Assembly (NCBI RefSeq): GCF_009914755.1
Contig: NC_060943.1
Source: the human T2T-CHM13v2.0 reference genome, Homo sapiens
Length of the DNA: 64,000 nucleotides
Strand: one strand, 5' to 3'
The position numbers and the translations under genes were made by a program. Shown in pieces: positions 57,736 to 64,000 of the stretch; positions within the stretch are counted from its first letter, which is position 1, and the number at the start of each line of letters is the position of its first letter. Below the pieces are notes generated by a model. The model saw nothing but the letters and a program-made list of their open reading frames with translations. It was not told the DNA's origin and did no database searches.

Positions 57736-59928
57736 ATGTCTACTGTGACTTCCAGGACCACAAGCCCTTTTGCGCCCACCATGTCTTCACCTAAGAGATC
57801 TTCAAAGCCCAGTATGTCTCTGGCACCCAGTGGATCCTCCATGCCCACTGCGGATCCCAAGCCTCCTGCCTCCTTGAAGTCCACCAAATCAGCAACACCC
57901 AACAGATCCTTAGTGCCCACCAAACCAGCGACATCCCGTAACTCAGTCATGAGCCCAAGCAGTTCCAAGTCCACCAAATCGACCAGTACAAAAAGAGCCC
58001 CTTCTAACCGGCCCAGCAGCAGGTCCCGAGTCCGCAGCAAAGCAAGAACACCCAGCAGGGTGAGCACCGACACCAGGACCAGCAAAGCCAGCAAGGCCAG
58101 CGACGTGAGATGCCACCAGCGGAGGGGCACACACAGCCGGGGTAGGACACCTGGCAGAAGGGGAAGCCGCAGCTCCAAGAGGTCACCCAGCAGGGCCAGC
58201 ACTCCTGGCAGGATAAGAACTCATGGTGCCAGACCAGGCATGGCCAGCAGGGTGAGAACTCCCACTTCACAGCAAAAAGGGAGCCGGGGAAAGAGTTACG
58301 GCCGGCCTAGAACCAGCAACAGGGAAAGGAGTGACAGCCAGCCTAGAAATCTGAGCAAGAAGAGTTACCGCCCACCAGGAGGCTCAGGTATAGGGAGGAG
58401 TTCCGAGCTGGCTGTAACTCCCAGTACAGCCAAGTGTCAAACCCCGACTGGAATTCCCTCCAAGGAGAAGAGTGACAACCCATCTCCATCCTCATCAAGG
58501 AAGGTGAAGAGCTACGGTCAGATGATCATCCCCAGTAGGGAAAAGAGTTACAGCCCCATTGAAATGTCCAGCAGGGTCAAGAGTTATAACCAGGCCAGCA
58601 CCCGCAGCAGGCCGCAAAGTCACAGCCAATCTAGAAGCCCCAGAAGGTCAAGAAGTGGCAGTCAGAAGAGGACGCACAGCAGAGTGAGAAGTCACAGTTG
58701 GAAGAGAAACCATAGCAGGGCAAGAAGTCGCACCCGGAAGGGAATTCTGAGCCAGATGGGAAGACACAGCCAGTCTAGAAGCCACAGCAAGGGGAAAAGT
58801 CAAAACCAATCTAGAACCCCCAGAAGAGGAAGAAGTCACAACTGGTCTAGAAACCCCAGCAAGGAAAGAAGTCATAGCCATTCCAGAAGCTCCAGCAAAG
58901 AGAGAGATCACAGGGGATCTAGCAGCCCCAGGAAGGAGAGTGGTCGCAGTCAATCAGGAAGCCCCAACAAGCAGAGAGATCACAGCCGATCTAGAAGTCC
59001 CAACAAGGCGAGAGATCGCAGCCGATCTAGAAGTCCCTACAAGGCGAGAGATCGCAGCCGATCTAGAAGTCCCAACAAGGCGAGAGATTGCAGCCGATCT
59101 AGAAGTCCCTACAAGGCGAGAGATCGCAGCCGATCTAGAAGTCCCAACAAGGCAAGAGATCATAGCCGATCTAGAAGTCCCAACAAGGCGAGAGATCGCA
59201 GCCGATCTAGAAGCCCCAGCAAGGAAAGAGATCACAGCCAACTTGGAAGCCCCAGCAAAGAGAGAGATCACAGACGATCTAGAAGCCCCAGCAAGGAGAG
59301 ACAGTGCAGACAATCTAGAAGCTCCAGCAAAGAGAGAGATCACAGACGATCTAGAAGCCCCAGCAAGGAGAGACAGCGCAGACAATCTAGAAGCCCCAAC
59401 AAGGAGAGAGATCGCAGCCAATCTAGAAGCCCCAGCGAGGAGAGAGAGCACAGACAATCCAGAAGCCCCAGCAAAGAGAGAGATCGCAGACGATGGAGAA
59501 GCCCCAGCAAGGAGAGAGAGCGCAGACAATCTAGAAGCTCCAGCGAGGAGAGAGATCACAGCCGATCTAGAAGCCCCAATAAGCAGAGTGGTTACAGTCG
59601 ACCTAGAGCCTCCAGCAAGGAGAAAGCTCATAGCCGATCTAGAACCCCCAGCAAAGAAGGAAATCATAGCCAATCTAGAACCTCTAGCAAGGAGAGCGAC
59701 CCCAGTCAATCTACAGTCCCCAGAAGTCCCGACTGGAAGAGATCCCCTACTAGGACAAGCAGTCTCAGTCAGAATAGAACCCCTAGCAAGACAAGCAGCC
59801 ACTCCCCATCAACATTTCCCAGTGGGGGCCAAACCCTAAGCCAGGATGACAGTCAAGCCGACGCCACCACCTCTAAGGCCACCTTACCTGGGGAAAGGTC
59901 TTCATCATCTTCTTCCAAGCTGGCGTAG
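57736..59928 (+). CDS. SRRM5: SRRM5, serine/arginine repetitive matrix protein 5; 730 aa from ATG 57736 or 715 aa from the better-context accATG 57781
   Basis: 2.2 kb uninterrupted Ser/Arg/Lys-rich ORF; candidate acceptor CACAG| at 57685; AATAAA at 60129-60134. Confidence 0.9.
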   Translation: MSTVTSRTTSPFAPTMSSPKRSSKPSMSLAPSGSSMPTADPKPPASLKSTKSATPNRSLVPTKPATSRNSVMSPSSSKSTKSTSTKRAPSNRPSSRSRVRSKARTPSRVSTDTRTSKASKASDVRCHQRRGTHSRGRTPGRRGSRSSKRSPSRASTPGRIRTHGARPGMASRVRTPTSQQKGSRGKSYGRPRTSNRERSDSQPRNLSKKSYRPPGGSGIGRSSELAVTPSTAKCQTPTGIPSKEKSDNPSPSSSRKVKSYGQMIIPSREKSYSPIEMSSRVKSYNQASTRSRPQSHSQSRSPRRSRSGSQKRTHSRVRSHSWKRNHSRARSRTRKGILSQMGRHSQSRSHSKGKSQNQSRTPRRGRSHNWSRNPSKERSHSHSRSSSKERDHRGSSSPRKESGRSQSGSPNKQRDHSRSRSPNKARDRSRSRSPYKARDRSRSRSPNKARDCSRSRSPYKARDRSRSRSPNKARDHSRSRSPNKARDRSRSRSPSKERDHSQLGSPSKERDHRRSRSPSKERQCRQSRSSSKERDHRRSRSPSKERQRRQSRSPNKERDRSQSRSPSEEREHRQSRSPSKERDRRRWRSPSKERERRQSRSSSEERDHSRSRSPNKQSGYSRPRASSKEKAHSRSRTPSKEGNHSQSRTSSKESDPSQSTVPRSPDWKRSPTRTSSLSQNRTPSKTSSHSPSTFPSGGQTLSQDDSQADATTSKATLPGERSSSSSSKLA
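58621..59700 (+). repeat. Coding 36-bp (12-aa) tandem repeat, ~30 units, consensus CGCAGCCGATCTAGAAGYCCCARCAAGGMGAGAGAT
   Basis: Six near-identical units at 58981-59196 (xSRSRSP[N/Y]KARD), more diverged on both sides; TCTAGA recurs every 36 nt. Confidence 0.93.
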
Positions 59929-59963
59929 CCCCCAGTCTCAGCTGGCTCACGGGTCTCTGTCAT
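59888..59963 (-). CDS. ZNF428: ZNF428 first coding segment (MTETREPAETGGYASLEEDDEDLSP-G); whole exon probably 59888-60093
   Basis: gtcATG at 59963, donor CAG|GTAAGG, phase 1 matches 53748; polypyrimidine+CCAG acceptor at 60095-60094. Confidence 0.92.
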
Positions 59964-60128
59964 GACCGGGGGAGGGGACAGGAGACAGGAGCAGAGCAGC
60001 AGCTGAGCAGCGTCCCTCCCCGGCCAGCTCTCCACAGCCACACCTCCGGCCACAAGTTCTCTAATACAGGATGTTGGCAGGTAGAGAGGGATGCTGGATA
60101 GGGGGAAAGGAAAGACCTGTGATGATTC

Positions 60129-60134
60129 AATAAA
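60129..60134 (+). terminator. SRRM5 poly(A) signal
   Basis: AATAAA 200 nt after the SRRM5 stop. Confidence 0.75.
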
Positions 60135-60237
60135 TTTTTACATAGCACCCATCCCCACCAAGCCCAACTGTGTGCTCACTGCTGGCATGGGGCACAGAGG
60201 ACCCCAGCTCTGTCCCTGACTGTCTACAGGGTCTTGA

Positions 60238-60563
<326 letters not shown>

Positions 60564-60759
60564 TAGGTCTTAATTTCCGCATGTGGGCAACAAGGCTGCC
60601 TTCTGGTTCTTATTCAGTGGGGTAGGGAGAGGTGACACTCCAAATATTCAACAGTGGGGACTGGTGTGGGCACCAATCAGAACTGAGAGTGGAGCGGGAC
60701 GGATACCAGGCCTTAACCCTTTAGTTGCTGGACCATGGGGAGGTCTGGGGTTGGGGAAG

Positions 60760-61850
<1,091 letters not shown>

Positions 61851-62530
61851 GGGGGGTCCAAAGTGGCAGTTAGGGACAGGGAGTACTTGTGTAGCAGTGA
61901 CACACCAACCCATCTGGAAGTATTTTAATATTTAAACAATTGGTATGGCTATACTAGTTTGTGATTATCAGCCTTAGTTCTGTATCAATTGGCAAGATAG
62001 TGTCTAGGTTTGCCACACTCTAGCTGTGTAGCACCAAGCAAAGAACTTAACTTCTCTAGCCTGTTTCCTTCTCTGGAAGAAAGGGGCTTCCAGGCCTTAA
62101 CTCACGTACTCCCCATAACTAGACTGGGAATTATCTCCTTTGTACAGATGAGGAAACAGACACAGAGGTGATAAGTGAGTAGCCCAAGGTCACCATCTGG
62201 TAAGTGGATGAACTAGGATTGGAAGCCAGACCTTTCATAAAATGATTTCTCAGCTCAAAAGGTTTTTCTGAAGATTCAGTAGGCTCACTGATAGAAATTG
62301 CTGGTGTGTGGCTGGTATTCCATCAAGAGTGGCCATTACTACTCCCACCCCTGCCCCTCTATAAACTCCAGATGTTCCAGACCTCTCATCTCTCCCTGTG
62401 CACACAAGGCCTTTTCACATCTGTGGGTCTTAGTACACCCACTGTTGCTGTCAAGAATGTCCTCCTCCTCCTTTTTTTTTTTTTTTTTGAGATGGAGTCT
62501 CACTTTGTTGCCCAGGCTGGAGTACAGTAG

Positions 62531-63106
<576 letters not shown>

Positions 63107-63527
63107 TAAAGAGAAAAGCTTCAGATTGAAACCTGGAGGTGGCTGGGGCAAAGGACCATTGGCATCATTGGCAGGGCAACTTCCTAAAGAAAGCACCTAA
63201 ATCTTGGCTTTTAAAGACAGATTTCATAATTGGCAGAGGAGAATTCTAATGATACCCTATTGCCTACAGGGCCCCATCTAATTTGGGAATTCTACTTTAT
63301 ACCAAGATAAGATTGCCAGATTTAGCAAATAAAAACAGAAGACATCCAATTAATTTTTTTGTTTGTTTTTGGGTTTTTGTTGCGGAGATGGTGTCTCACT
63401 ATGTTGCGAAGGCTGCTGTCAAATTCCTGGCTCAAACAATCCTCCTGCCTTGGCCTCCCACTTCCCAAAGTGCTGGGATTACAGGCATGAGCTACCACAC
63501 CTGGCCCTTATTTATTTATTTATTTAA

Positions 63528-63928
<401 letters not shown>

Positions 63929-64000
63929 TGATCCACCCGCCTCGGCCTCCCAAAGTGCTGGGATTACAGGCGTGAGCCACCGCGCCCAGCCTACTTATTT

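Noticed and set aside
58981-59700. Regularly spaced 36-bp repeats superficially like a CRISPR array
   Set aside because: Head-to-tail tandem units without unique spacers, inside a eukaryotic ORF; no cas genes
59914-59928. SKL near the SRRM5 C-terminus as a peroxisomal PTS1
   Set aside because: Sequence ends SKLA*, so SKL is not terminal; residues are dictated by the overlapping ZNF428 exon

Overview
Primate (almost certainly human, chr19q13.31) gene-dense, very Alu-rich genomic DNA. Spliced genes reconstructed from GT-AG junctions and exon arithmetic: XRCC1 coding exons 1-4 (- strand, continues beyond the left edge); PINLYP (+, 5 coding exons, 204 aa, two LU domains); IRGQ (-, 2 coding exons, 623 aa, ~7.6 kb 3'UTR); ZNF576 (+, 170 aa, 4 C2H2 fingers); ZNF428 (-, 188 aa, first exon beyond the right edge); and SRRM5 (+, one long Ser/Arg-repeat coding exon nested antisense in a ZNF428 intron and overlapping a ZNF428 coding exon). 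Most ORFs in the supplied track are Alu or GC-shadow artefacts. This is a known locus and I see no wholly new protein-coding system. The best leads are: (1) a ~1.05 kb copy of sequence from 10.3 kb away inserted into the middle of an Alu in XRCC1 intron 2, with readable junctions, the two copies bracketing XRCC1 exons 1-2 and all of PINLYP; (2) an IRGQ 3'UTR in which inverted Alus are included only when the distal poly(A) signal is used; (3) a shared C-terminal C2H2-HARGE[L/V]-stop module in ZNF576 and ZNF428; (4) a spliced PINLYP uORF whose stop overlaps the main start codon (AUGA); (5) a two-strand coding overlap between SRRM5 and ZNF428. Repeat family names are from visual recognition, not RepeatMasker.
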